From Bacillota bacterium (GTDB lineage Bacteria; Bacillota; Sulfobacillia; JAJZYS01; JAJYTV01), in contig JAJYSJ010000002.1 of the NCBI GenBank assembly GCA_021793645.1, positions 144,753-208,752 on the forward strand: a DNA stretch of 64,000 nucleotides, in the 5' to 3' direction. The first letter of the stretch is position 1. Each line of letters starts with the position of its first letter. Below the pieces are notes generated by a model. The model did no database searches. It saw only the letters and a program-made list of their open reading frames with translations, and had not been told where the DNA came from. Positions 37,461-47,333 of this stretch are shown here, in pieces. The position numbers and the translations under genes were made by a program.

Positions 37461-37922
37461 TCAGCGGAGCGATCCGACGTAACGCTCCAACCGCTGCAGC
37501 TGCTGCGTCCAGCCGATCTCCATGCCGTCGAGGTACGGATCTGCCGCCGACGTCTTGCGCAGCACAGTCATGGTCACCGTCACAGTGGTTCTGCCGTCCT
37601 GCTCGGCGAATGTCACGAGTGTGCGCATCTCGAAGAGGAACGCCCCGTTCTCGCTCATCGCGGACGTCGTGTACGCGAGCCGCTCCGGGGCGCGGATCTC
37701 GTCGTATGTGCCCGTCATCGGGTAGACCGCCCCATCCGGTGCGCGCATGTCGATGCGCAGGGCACCGCCCGGCCGCAAGTCGATCTCGCACACAGGGATC
37801 GTGAATCCGTGCGGTGCCCACCATTGTGCGACATGCCTCGGGTCGGTCCAGATCTCGAACACGAGTTCCCTCGGTGCATCGAGCGTGCACTGGAACTGCG
37901 CCTCGTCCCTACTCCCTGCCAC
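37461..37922 (-). CDS. SRPBCC-superfamily protein (AHSA1 / activator of Hsp90 ATPase homolog-like)
   Basis: AHSA1-domain similarity (..ELVFEIWTDPRHVAQWW..). Overlaps the arsR-like gene by 14 nt. Confidence 0.8.
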   Translation of the reverse strand: MAGSRDEAQFQCTLDAPRELVFEIWTDPRHVAQWWAPHGFTIPVCEIDLRPGGALRIDMRAPDGAVYPMTGTYDEIRAPERLAYTTSAMSENGAFLFEMRTLVTFAEQDGRTTVTVTMTVLRKTSAADPYLDGMEIGWTQQLQRLERYVGSLR

Positions 37923-38259
37923 CGTCGAGGCCTCCCTTCTCCTGGAGCGTTCTCAGGTAGCCGTCGAGGCGCCCGAACCGCTCTTCCCAGAGTGGCCGGT
38001 ACTGCTCGACCCAGTCCGCCACTTCGTGCAGCGGGGCTGACGCGAGGGTGCACGGGCGCCACTGGGCGCGGCGCGACTGCGTGATCAGGCCAGCCTGCCG
38101 CAAGACCTTGAGATGCTTCGACACCGCTGGAAGGCTGAGATCGAAGGGCGCCGCGAGCTCGCTCACGGACGCCTCCCCTTTCGCCAACCGGGAGAGCATC
38201 GCCCGGCGGGTCGGGTCTGCCAGCGCCGCGAAGGTGGCGCTCAGAGGATCTGCTGGCAC
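37909..38259 (-). CDS. ArsR/SmtB-family transcriptional regulator
   Basis: ALADPTRRAMLSRL..ASVSELAAPFDLSLPAVSKHLKVLRQAGLI helix-turn-helix signature. GTG start with a GAGGTG RBS. Confidence 0.85.
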   Translation of the reverse strand: MPADPLSATFAALADPTRRAMLSRLAKGEASVSELAAPFDLSLPAVSKHLKVLRQAGLITQSRRAQWRPCTLASAPLHEVADWVEQYRPLWEERFGRLDGYLRTLQEKGGLDGGRE

Positions 38260-38261
38260 AA

Positions 38262-38310
38262 GAATTTCACCTCTTGATTAAGTAACCCTTTGATTAAATA
38301 ACCGCTGGGC
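38262..38310. promoter_or_regulatory. AT-rich tandem 14-nt direct repeat (TTGATTAAGTAACC / TTGATTAAATAACC) directly upstream of the arsR-like start; candidate operator
   Basis: Read directly. It is unusually AT-rich for this genome and overlaps the RBS/promoter zone. Confidence 0.35.
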
Positions 38311-38915
38311 TAAGTAAAAACCATGGAGCCCGATTCCGTCAAGCAATCTCGAAGAAACAAGAGAGACCGGGGCGCGTTGCGGCCGTCCCAGTCCTTCTGA
38401 CCGAAACCCGTAGCGGCGTTCCGCTTCGTTGACGCGGAGAAGGCGTCGCACAGCGTGATGATCCTCTGCCGGGGTAGCCCGTAGGGCTGCAGGCCGGGCA
38501 GCGGGCCGGAGCTAAGCGGCTTGCGGCGGCAGGAAGCGGCGTGGCAGTTCGTGCACCACCGGGTGCAACTTTGGGGTCTAGTCAACGCTCTTCGACGAAC
38601 CAGCGGTGACACTAGGTGGCAAATGGTGAGGCCGGCTGGGCGCAAGACGTGGGGCCGTGCAGGTTTTGGTTGTGGACCAGCCGAGTGGGCGGATGAACGA
38701 TCTTCCTGACTGAGGTCCGAGAACAATATGGGCCGGGACGTGGTACGCCTTAGAAACCTCGAGACAACCCTTCGCCGTCCACCGGTTAGGCCTCAGACAG
38801 AGCGACCGCATACCACGCACACCCGCACAAAACCCAGCCCTGCAAGGCTGGGGCAACCGCCACGTTGAGTCCACGCTTTGTTGACACGGTGGAGAGTGTT
38901 CAGTAGCTTCAGGGC

Positions 38916-39878
38916 ATGGCACACTTAACGGAAGGCTTTTGGGGTGCGTTCCAGGTGACTCAGCGCGGCACCGTAGTGGCAGAGGCCGCAGCAGGTCCGG
39001 CCGCCCACACCACGAGTGCGAGGCTTGACACCTGCTTTCAAGCGGCGTCGATTAGCAAGCAGTTTGTTGCGGCCTCGCTGATGCTGTTGAGCGAACGTGG
39101 GGTCTTGAGCCTCGACGATCCCATCCGACGTTGGTGGCCGTCTACCCCGAAGTCGTGGGATCGGATAACCGTTGAGCAGTTGTTAACACACAGTTCGGGA
39201 CTGATGCACTGGGGAGACATTCCGGGGCTGGACATCTCCCGGCCACCATCTCCTAGAGACATCCTGGCTGAAGCTATCACATTGCCCCTGTTGAGTGCCC
39301 CTGGGACACGATGGGCCTATAGTGGGGTGGGCTTCCTACTCGCCGCGGCGATAGTCGAGGCCGCGAGTGGTAGGCCTTATGGGGAGTTCGTCACAGATAA
39401 CATCTTTAGCCCCTTGGGGATGACTTCCACTACTTCCGGCCAGACGCCCGATGGTAGGCGAGTAGCGAAAGGGCACCGTGACGGTCAGCCGGTCCCCTTA
39501 GTCGCGGGGTTGACAACGTGGCCGGGCACAGGCGATCTCTGGACGACCGTAGCCGATCTTATCCGCTATGCCGACGCGGTACGTGCCGGAGATCTGTTGT
39601 CCGACCGGTCGCAGCGACTGATGGCGCATCCGCACATCATGATCCAGGACAGCCCGCCCAACGGCGGGGCAATCTCGCCAGTGGCGTACGGCTACGGGAT
39701 CTTCACGGGAACCATCGCTGGCCATCCTGCGCGCTTCCATCCCGGCGACAACCCTGGCTTTCGGTCCCTTCTGGCCTGGCTCCCCGAGGCCGACATAACG
39801 CTCGCGGTGCTGTCCAATGAGGAGTCGACCACGCTGGATGAGATCGTTCCCCGCTTTCTGGGAACTATCACTCGATAG
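38916..39878 (+). CDS. serine hydrolase of the beta-lactamase / PBP family (class C-like fold)
   Basis: S-x-x-K active-site motif (AASISKQF), a YSGVG (Y-x-N-like) region, and the size of an AmpC/esterase-type hydrolase. Confidence 0.8.
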   Translation: MAHLTEGFWGAFQVTQRGTVVAEAAAGPAAHTTSARLDTCFQAASISKQFVAASLMLLSERGVLSLDDPIRRWWPSTPKSWDRITVEQLLTHSSGLMHWGDIPGLDISRPPSPRDILAEAITLPLLSAPGTRWAYSGVGFLLAAAIVEAASGRPYGEFVTDNIFSPLGMTSTTSGQTPDGRRVAKGHRDGQPVPLVAGLTTWPGTGDLWTTVADLIRYADAVRAGDLLSDRSQRLMAHPHIMIQDSPPNGGAISPVAYGYGIFTGTIAGHPARFHPGDNPGFRSLLAWLPEADITLAVLSNEESTTLDEIVPRFLGTITR

Positions 39879-39996
39879 CGCAAACCCGCGAAGTATCTCA
39901 GCCTACGTGGCACTGCCTATTATGCGAGCCGATCAGCGCAAGCTGGCCAAGCATAGTAACAGGATCGAGCCGTATTGCATCTTGACCTCTGCGGGT

Positions 39997-40030
39997 GAGG
40001 AGGGCGAGCGCCTTTGACGCTCGCCCTCCC
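39997..40030. other. GC hairpin (GGAGGGCGAGCG cctttga CGCUCGCCCUCC) between convergent genes
   Basis: Perfect 12-bp stem. No U-tract, so terminator function is uncertain. Confidence 0.3.
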
Positions 40031-40033
40031 TGC

Positions 40034-40120
40034 CTACACCAGTTCCACGAACATCTCGCCGGCTGCCTCGTCATTCGGTGCCGTGACCGTGTTGCTCCTC
40101 GTGGTGTGACTCGAAGCACA
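40034..40120 (-). pseudogene. remnant of a paralogous VWA-gene 3' end (encodes ..VTAPNDEAAGEMFVELV*)
   Basis: ~75% nucleotide identity to the 3' end of the intact VWA gene (..VTAPDDEAAGEMFAELV*) ~260 nt upstream on the same strand. Confidence 0.4.
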
Positions 40121-40292
40121 GGGAGAGGCGTGTCGCAGTTCCGTCTCTCCCTGCTCTATGGGGCGGCAAAATGGGGCGGCAGCGCGGAGGCTGCGGATGG
40201 AGACCAGCGGGTAAGCTCCTGCGATACGCCACCGATTCTTCAATGGAGCCACAGTGAGAACACTGCAGAAGTGCCCTCTGGCAGCATAGCAC

Positions 40293-41573
40293 TCAGACCA
40301 ATTCCGCGAACATCTCCCCCGCCGCCTCGTCGTCTGGCGCTGTAACTGCCCACACGCGATCGGACCATTTGGACAGTTCCGTGGGGATGCCGCCGATCAG
40401 GATGCTCATGATGCGCAGGCCGCGGTCCTTTTTCGTCTTCATCAGGCGGTTGAAGAACTCGTCGGAGACCGCGCACTCGCCGTCCGAGATCATCACGATG
40501 TCCGCGTGGCGTAACTTCGACTCCGCCTGGACGTCGAGCGCCCAGGAGAGCGGCACTTCGTAGCTGGTCCCGCCGTTTGCGCCGATCGTGGCGAACCGGA
40601 AGATTTCCTCCGGCGGTGCCTTGCCGCGCTCGAAGCGGAACTCCGCGAGGATCTGCGTGTCGAAGAAGACCGCGGCGAAGTCGCGCTTCTGCCGGCGGGC
40701 GGTGTCCATCAGCGCAAGGCCCACAGCACTCGCCCACTCGATCGGGTTGCCGCTCATCGACCCCGAGGCGTCGATCAGGCAGATCACCGGGCCCTTGCCC
40801 TCGCGCTGGATCGGTCGCACCTCGTACTCGAGGAGCTTGTGCTCCAGGAGGCGTCGCCCGAAGTCGAGCTTCCGCAAGGGGTCGGAGAGGGCGGCCATCT
40901 CGACGGGCAGCAGCCGGCCGATGTGGTCGCCCAGTGTGATGCTGTGGTACTCGTCGCGCAGGTGCTTGAGCGACCCGCCCTGCTTCGACCGAGCGAGGTT
41001 CCGCAGCCGGCCGATCAGGAGTGCAATCCGCTTGAATCGTGGGGGCATTAGCTGACGCGCCAGTTCGATCCGCTCACCGAGCGGCATCTGCGTCAGCCCT
41101 GAGCCGTCGAAGCCCCAGGAGATCATCTGCTCCTGCACGTCCTGCGCCTGCTCCATGCCGGCCTTGACTGCGTGCCTCAGCGCCTTGTTGAGTTGTCCCT
41201 GCGCCTGCGGCGGCGGCTCGGTGCCGTTCTCCATGCTCTGGTCGAGCGCCGGGTTCTTGGCGATCTCCTCGGAGAGCACCTTGCCGGTCTCGAGCGTCGC
41301 CACCGCGGCCGCCAGCTCGTCGAGCTGGGTAAACGCACGGGTCTGCTGGGTGGCGTCGTCTTCGAGCAGGCGTTCGCCGTAAGGGCGCTTGCCCTTGTGG
41401 GACGCCGCGACCTGATGCTCCTCACGGATCTCGGGCTGGAGCTTGTAGTAGGCGTTGAACGTATCCTGCATGGCTACGATCGAGCAAACGGGACCCGCCC
41501 CATACAGGCGCGATTGAGCAAAGTGGGACCACCGTTCGAGCTTACCCTGTAGATTTGGAATGGCACAACCCAT
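40293..41573 (-). CDS. von Willebrand factor A domain protein (CoxE/VWA-MoxR-partner type)
   Basis: VWA MIDAS motif DASGSM and a TSY..D region at the C-terminal half; long helical N-terminal region. The exact start is unresolved (possibly MQDTFNAYYK). Confidence 0.75.
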   Translation of the reverse strand: MGCAIPNLQGKLERWSHFAQSRLYGAGPVCSIVAMQDTFNAYYKLQPEIREEHQVAASHKGKRPYGERLLEDDATQQTRAFTQLDELAAAVATLETGKVLSEEIAKNPALDQSMENGTEPPPQAQGQLNKALRHAVKAGMEQAQDVQEQMISWGFDGSGLTQMPLGERIELARQLMPPRFKRIALLIGRLRNLARSKQGGSLKHLRDEYHSITLGDHIGRLLPVEMAALSDPLRKLDFGRRLLEHKLLEYEVRPIQREGKGPVICLIDASGSMSGNPIEWASAVGLALMDTARRQKRDFAAVFFDTQILAEFRFERGKAPPEEIFRFATIGANGGTSYEVPLSWALDVQAESKLRHADIVMISDGECAVSDEFFNRLMKTKKDRGLRIMSILIGGIPTELSKWSDRVWAVTAPDDEAAGEMFAELV

Positions 41574-41596
41574 CCAGATCTGCAGGAGGCATAGGA

Positions 41597-42515
41597 GTGA
41601 GAACGGTGGCCGATTACGAGTTTATCAGGCGACTGCACGTCGAGCACGGGTTATCTATCCGTGAGATTTCGCGGCAGTACCACCATTCGCGGCGGACCAT
41701 TCGTGACGCACTGGCATGGGATGGTTCCGGGGCTGCGTTCAAGTACGAGCGGCGCAAACCGGCGGTGCGACCGAAGACCGGCTGCTACGTTACGATCATC
41801 GATACGTGGCTGATCGCGGACCAGAAGGAACATCCCAAGCAGCGGCACACGGCGAAGCGGATCTGGGAGCGGTTGCGCGACGAGTATGGCGCCGATGTCG
41901 CGGAACCCACAGTTCGCCGGCTGGTGGCGCAGCGACGCATGGAGGTGGCGCCAAAGCCGCGGCAAGTCTTCCTGATGCTGACCTTTCAGCCAGGGGACCT
42001 GGCGCAGGTGGACTGGGGTGAGGCGTGGGTCTGGGTCGACGGCATCAGGACGAAGGTCTACCTGTTCTGCATGCGGCTCGGGTACTCGACAGCGCCATTC
42101 GTGATGGCCTTCCCGAGCATGCGGATCGAATGCTTCCTTGCCGGACTCGTATTGGCGTTTGCGTACTTCGGTGGGGTGCCGCGGCACATAATCTTCGACA
42201 ACCTGTCGTCCGCCGTGAAGCGGATCCTGCGGGGCCACCGGCGAGAACTGACGTCAAGGTTCCAGCAGCTCGTGGCCTACTACCTGTTCCAGCCGGAGTT
42301 CGCGAACCCAGCAGCTGGCTGGGAGAAGGGCCTGGTGGAGGGACTCGTCGGCTATGCGCGGCGCAACTTCCTGGTGCCGGGGCCCAAGGTGGCCTCTTTG
42401 ACGGAACTGAACGACTACCTTCAAAGCAAGACCTTGGCGCAGAGGGAGCACCGGGCTGCCGAGCGCGGGGAGCGGACCGTCGGCGAGCTCTGGCGCGAGG
42501 AGGCAGCCCACTTTC
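41597..42515 (+). pseudogene. istA: IS21-family transposase IstA, 3'-truncated; no istB
   Basis: N-terminal HTH (YEFIRRLHVEHGLSIREISRQYHHSRRTIRDAL) and the DDE-region start (LAQVDWGEAW...FDNLSS). The ORF stops being IstA-like at the 41-bp inverted repeat (42516) and no IstB ATPase gene follows. Confidence 0.7.
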
Positions 42516-42556
42516 AAACCGAAGGTTGCCCCCTTCCTCGCTCCGGAGCGGGTCCC
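42516..42556. repeat. second copy (inverted) of the 41-bp repeat, abutting the truncated istA
   Basis: aaaccgaaggttgcccccttcctcgctccggagcgggtccc is the exact reverse complement of 33328-33368. Confidence 0.8.
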
Positions 42557-42663
42557 TGTAGCTTGCGGACTCTCGGCGGGTAGTGCGCCGCCGCACATTA
42601 TAGCGCCCCCGAAGGCCAATCGGCGTGCGGGGGTGCTCGATCGGATCGCGAACAATGGCTCCC

Positions 42664-43863
42664 TCAAGGGGTCGACGACCCAGTGGCGTATGCGCTCGCA
42701 CTCCGCGCATCCCGCGCGCGCACCGACCACACGAGGATTACGCCCGAGAGCAGGGCGACCGCCGAGACCAGCGGGAAGGCCAGGTGCGCGCCACCAGCCT
42801 GGAGCAGGACCCCGACCAGCAGCGGTCCGAGCGCCGCCCCGGCATTCTTCACGCTGAGTGCCCCGAACGTGCGGCCGCGCACCGCTTCGTCCCCCATCGC
42901 GGCCTCATAGACGGGCATCACGACGTAAACCATCATTTCGCCAGCGGTGAACACCACCATCGTGCCGAGCAGCGCAAGGGGGCTGCGCAGGAACGCGATG
43001 CCAAGGTACGCGGAGGCGAAGAACGCGAGCCCGAGGGCGAACCCCTTCGCGGGGGGTATGGAGCCGAGCCACCGGTTGAGCGGGATCTGGAGCAGCGCCA
43101 CCATCGCCGTGTTGACGAGCGTCATCCCGGCGTAGAGCGCGAGCCCGCCTGGTACCGCGGTCCGCAGGAATGCGGGGAAGATCGTCTCGATGACCATGTA
43201 GACGCCGAGCTGCATCGAGCCGCCCAGCACGTAGAGCCAAAGCGAGGGATCGCGTCCGATCCGCCGCATCGCTTCGCGGTTCGTCACCTGCCGCAAGCGG
43301 CGGCCGGTTTCAGGGACGGTGGCGTAGAGCAACAGCACGACGAGCAGGTTCGCGACCGCGGCGCCCGAAAAGACCGCGGTCGCGTGGTGCAGCACGAAGA
43401 AGGCGCCGATGAAGGGTCCAATCGCCGCCCCCACGTTCAGCGCCACCCGCCCGTAGGCGTAGGCCTGAGCGCGCTCCTCCGGCCGTGTGACGTCGGCGAT
43501 CGCGGCGCTCTGCGCCGGTCCCGCGATGGCTCTCGACATGCCGTTCAATCCGTTCAGCAGGGCATACGCGAGCGGTCCTTGCGCGATGGCGAACCCGGCC
43601 ATCACCGCCACCGAGAGGATGTTCCCGACCAGCATCGTCCGGCGGCGTCCGAGGTGGTCCGCGGCCATGCCGCCGAGGGCTCCTGCGAGCACGCGTACGA
43701 GCGGTCCCACGCCGGCGACCACGCCGGCCAGGGCGAAGCCCGCGCCCGCCTGTGTCAGGCGCACCGCGATGAAGGGCAGCACCATATAGCTCGCAACCGC
43801 TCCGAAGAACCGAGCCACCGCGAGGGAGAGGACTGGTCCCCTTGGTCTCACCCAGGGGGTCAC
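42664..43863 (-). CDS. MFS transporter
   Basis: 12-TM MFS pattern. The start is placed at the GTG before PRGPVLSLAVARFF with a GGAG RBS; the 631-aa track ORF has a ~230-aa low-complexity N-terminal extension judged non-coding. Confidence 0.65.
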   Translation of the reverse strand: MTPWVRPRGPVLSLAVARFFGAVASYMVLPFIAVRLTQAGAGFALAGVVAGVGPLVRVLAGALGGMAADHLGRRRTMLVGNILSVAVMAGFAIAQGPLAYALLNGLNGMSRAIAGPAQSAAIADVTRPEERAQAYAYGRVALNVGAAIGPFIGAFFVLHHATAVFSGAAVANLLVVLLLYATVPETGRRLRQVTNREAMRRIGRDPSLWLYVLGGSMQLGVYMVIETIFPAFLRTAVPGGLALYAGMTLVNTAMVALLQIPLNRWLGSIPPAKGFALGLAFFASAYLGIAFLRSPLALLGTMVVFTAGEMMVYVVMPVYEAAMGDEAVRGRTFGALSVKNAGAALGPLLVGVLLQAGGAHLAFPLVSAVALLSGVILVWSVRARDARSASAYATGSSTP

Positions 43864-44617
43864 GGGATCTCGCTCCGCTTGACAAGCCGATGGGTGGCGC
43901 CGAGGCCTCCCCCGCCGCCGCTCCGCACTCGACAAGCGACGCATTCGGAACGACGGGAAGGAAGGCGTGCTCCGGGCTGCTGTGTTTGCATGCTGCGGAA
44001 AACTTCGCCCGAAGCACTGTCCGTCCCTTCCGCCCTCCCGGCCCCGGATTCGTTGACAGGGGCTCTCCTCGCCGGGCTGCTCGTCGGCGGGCTGCGCGTC
44101 GGCAGCGTCGCCGCGCGCTTTGACCTGCGCACCATCCTCGCCGTCACCTTCGTCGGGGCAGGTCTTGCGCTCGGTGTGCTCGGTGCGCTCCCGAGCCTGC
44201 CTTCGATATGGCCGTCGGCTTCCTGCTGGGCTGCGCAGCGGGAATCGCGAGTGCTGACCGCCCTCATGCTGCAGAAGGTGCCGGCGCAAGCACGCGGGCG
44301 CATCTTCGGTGCACTGAACGCGCTGAGCACCCTTGCGACCCCGTCGGGCACCCTGGCGAGGGTCTCCCTCCCCGTGCTCTTCGCGGGTTTCGGGACGCTC
44401 GCCGTGCTTGCGGGCGCGAGCTTCCTCACGCCGCTGCGCGACGACCTCGAGGCGCTCCAGGCCTAGTTCCAACCGTGTCGAGGCATGTCCAGGCTCCTTG
44501 GCACCCGACATGCAGATCTCCGGCAGCTGAAACAGCTCCCTGAGGCCTTCTTGCGACATTCGGGTTCAATGAGACCCGCGCCAAGGCTTTGGTCCGCCGC
44601 AGAACTGAGAAGGGCTC

Positions 44618-46222
44618 CTAGACCTCGTTCGGGCGGTTGAACTGAGCGCGCAGCGCAGACTTGAGAAACTTTCCCGCAGACGTCTTCGGAATCGCCGGGA
44701 GAAACGCGTACTCTTCGGGCAGCCACCACTTCGGAAACTGCGGTGCGAGAAACTCGCGCAGTTCCTCGCCGGTCGCGGACTCCCCCTCGCGCAGCACGAC
44801 GCAGGCGAGCGGACGCTCTTGCCACTTCGGATCCGCCACCGCGACAACCGCCGCCTCTGCCACCGACGGGTGCGCCATCAGTGCGTTCTCCAGCAGGACG
44901 GAACTGATCCACTCGCCGCCGGACTTGATCACGTCCTTGATGCGGTCCTGGATCTGGACGGAGCCCGTGGCGTCGATCGTCACGATGTCGCCCGTGCGGA
45001 ACCAGCCATCGGCGGTAAATCGGTCCCCCTGCTCGTCACTGCGGTAGTAGGAGGAGGCCACCCATGGCCCGCGCAGTTCAAGCTCGCCAGGCGTCATGCC
45101 GTCCCATGGCACGATGCCGGACTCGCCGCGCGCCCGGATCTCCACCAGCGGCATCGAGACACCCTGTCTTGCGCGGCTGCGCATCTGCTCCTCATCCGGT
45201 GCCCCGTCGAGCTCCAGCGGCAGGTTCGAGACCGTCCCGAGCGGCGTCGTTTCCGTCATTCCCCAGGCGTGCACGACGCGAAGGCCATGTCGCTTCTCGA
45301 ATGCCGCGATCATGGAGGGCGGTGCGGCGGCTCCGCCCACAAGCATGGTACGGAGAACAGATAGATCTGGACGCTCTGTCGCCTTGTCGAGGGCCTGGAG
45401 GATGCCGAGCCAGATCGTCGGCACCCCGGCGGTGAACGTGACCTTTTCACCCGCGAGCAGGTCGATCAAGCTTGCGGGATCCAAGTGAGGGCCTGGCAGC
45501 ACGAGTTTCGCTCCCAGCATCACGCATGCGAAGGGAAGACCCCACGCGTTGACGTGGAACATCGGCACGACGGGCATCACGGTGTCCCGTCCGGTCAGGC
45601 CGACGCTCTCGGCGAGCCCCAGCCCCAATGAGTGCAGCACGAGCGCCCGATGGGAGTAGAGAACTCCCTTCGGACGCCCTGTGGTTCCAGACGTGTAGGA
45701 CATCGCGGCTGCGGAGCGCTCCGCGATGTCGGGATAGACGAATGTTTGCGGATCTTCGGCCGCAATCAGTTCCTCATAATCCAGCATGCCTTCGGGCACG
45801 GGCCGGGTAGCCTGCAGCACGATCACCTTTTCGAAGTGCGTGCGTTCCCGAACCTGTTCAAACAGCTGCAAGAGCGCTTCGTCGACGAGCAGGATGCGGT
45901 CTTCGGCATGGTCTGCGATGTAGACGATGTCGTCAACCGGCAGCCTGAGGTTGATCGTGTGCAGAACGGCTTCGACGCTCGGAACGCCGAAGTACGCCTC
46001 GAGGTGCGCGTAGTGGTTCCAGGAGAGTGTCGCAACCCGATCTCCTGGCCGGATCCCCATCCGCCGCAAGGCGAGTGCAAGCTGCTTCGTGCGCCGTACG
46101 AAATCCCGGAAGCGATAGCGGTGCAAGGACCTGTCCGGCAACCGGGAGACGACTTCCCGTGCACCGTAAATCTGCTCCGCGCGGCGCATCAAGGACGGAA
46201 CCGTCAACTGGTAATCCATCAT
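44618..46222 (-). CDS. long-chain-fatty-acid--CoA ligase (AMP-binding enzyme)
   Basis: AMP-binding motif YTSGTTGRPKGV and the C-terminal DRIKDVIKSGGE motif. ATGATG start with a GGAAGGA RBS. Confidence 0.85.
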   Translation of the reverse strand: MMDYQLTVPSLMRRAEQIYGAREVVSRLPDRSLHRYRFRDFVRRTKQLALALRRMGIRPGDRVATLSWNHYAHLEAYFGVPSVEAVLHTINLRLPVDDIVYIADHAEDRILLVDEALLQLFEQVRERTHFEKVIVLQATRPVPEGMLDYEELIAAEDPQTFVYPDIAERSAAAMSYTSGTTGRPKGVLYSHRALVLHSLGLGLAESVGLTGRDTVMPVVPMFHVNAWGLPFACVMLGAKLVLPGPHLDPASLIDLLAGEKVTFTAGVPTIWLGILQALDKATERPDLSVLRTMLVGGAAAPPSMIAAFEKRHGLRVVHAWGMTETTPLGTVSNLPLELDGAPDEEQMRSRARQGVSMPLVEIRARGESGIVPWDGMTPGELELRGPWVASSYYRSDEQGDRFTADGWFRTGDIVTIDATGSVQIQDRIKDVIKSGGEWISSVLLENALMAHPSVAEAAVVAVADPKWQERPLACVVLREGESATGEELREFLAPQFPKWWLPEEYAFLPAIPKTSAGKFLKSALRAQFNRPNEV

Positions 46223-46376
46223 TAGTCCTTCCACATGAACCCTCCTCGGCACCACGATCGAGCGCCCTGCATCTCGCCGGAGGGTTTCGGCCTGGGCGCA
46301 CCAGTCCCCTGTTCCCATCGCCCCTCAGACGGGCCTCAGGTCGGCGATGGTAGCCTTTGCCGGGGGAGGTGACATA

Positions 46377-46577
46377 TTGAACGTATCTGCAGTCTCGGTT
46401 CAGGCGCAGTACCAGTCCGCGCAGCAAAGTACCGCTTCGGTGCGCCAGGCGACCCTGCAGCAGGTCCTCGCCACGTCCAGCAAGAAGCAGGACGGCGACG
46501 GAGACCATGGCGTTGAGCCCCAAGGGGGCGGCGCTTCCGGGTCGAAGACCGGGCAGCTGCTGAACGCGCTGGCCTGA
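46377..46577 (+). CDS. small hypothetical protein, 66 aa (weak resemblance to YjfB-like putative motility proteins)
   Basis: TTG start 7 nt after GGGGGAGGTG. Low-complexity S/Q/A-rich sequence with a C-terminal ..LLNALA. Followed by a terminator. Confidence 0.3.
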   Translation: MNVSAVSVQAQYQSAQQSTASVRQATLQQVLATSSKKQDGDGDHGVEPQGGGASGSKTGQLLNALA

Positions 46578-46582
46578 TCCAA

Positions 46583-46615
46583 GATCCCTAGGCCCCGCCG
46601 CGCTGCGGCGGGGCC
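46583..46615 (+). terminator. rho-independent terminator (GGCCCCGCCGC gcug CGGCGGGGCC + UCCUUUGCACUUCUU)
   Basis: Perfect 11-bp GC stem with a U-rich tail after the small ORF. Confidence 0.5.
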
Positions 46616-46904
46616 TCCTTTGCACTTCTTCATGCTTTGAAGAGCACGCCAGGGATTCATCGTGCCGTGATGCGACCGATGTGGGTAGGGCAGTTGAGTA
46701 CGCCGAAGAGGGCAGTAAGCGCACCTGCCACAGTCCAGCAGAAGCCGACCAATCGGAAGAGGGGCCGTCTGCGTCGTGCATTCCCCACACAGGGCAAGGT
46801 GAGCCGCCACAGCCATGCGGGATTCCGAAGACAGATCGCGAAGTACTCTCGCGTGTTGGTGAAGGCGCACTCGCAAGATGCCAGCGATCGGACGGAGGGA
46901 TGGC

Positions 46905-47333
46905 ATGGCGGCGTACCGGGACAGGGAAGAGATGGTCGAAATCTTCGCAACCTTGGCTGAACGCGCAGCATCCAGCCAGGCGGCCAAACTGCTGCATAAC
47001 TCACGAATGGTGGTCTCCTTCGTCTACCGCAATCCGGATCTCGTTCTCGTGATGGACGGCCGCACCGCCCAAGAGGGCGAACCGCCCATGCTGATGCGCT
47101 TTGACACAGCGGAACCGAAGCCGGATGTCACGTTCGAGTGCTCCGCCGATGTCGGGCACCAGTTCTGGCTCGGCAAGCTGGACGTACCTCAGGCGCTCGG
47201 CCGCGGCATCGTCAAGGCACGCGGCTCGATTGCCAAGGCACTGAAGCTCCTGCCCATGATGCCGCCGCTCTACGACGCCTACCGTCAGGTGCTCTCGGAG
47301 CGCGGCGGCCTGCAGGGAGGCGATCTGCGATGA
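46905..47333 (+). CDS. SCP2 sterol-carrier domain protein
   Basis: SCP2-like C-terminal motif ([18 protein letters not shown]). Paralog of 56672..57121 (~60% identity by eye). Its stop overlaps the ADH start. Confidence 0.65.
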   Translation: MAAYRDREEMVEIFATLAERAASSQAAKLLHNSRMVVSFVYRNPDLVLVMDGRTAQEGEPPMLMRFDTAEPKPDVTFECSADVGHQFWLGKLDVPQALGRGIVKARGSIAKALKLLPMMPPLYDAYRQVLSERGGLQGGDLR

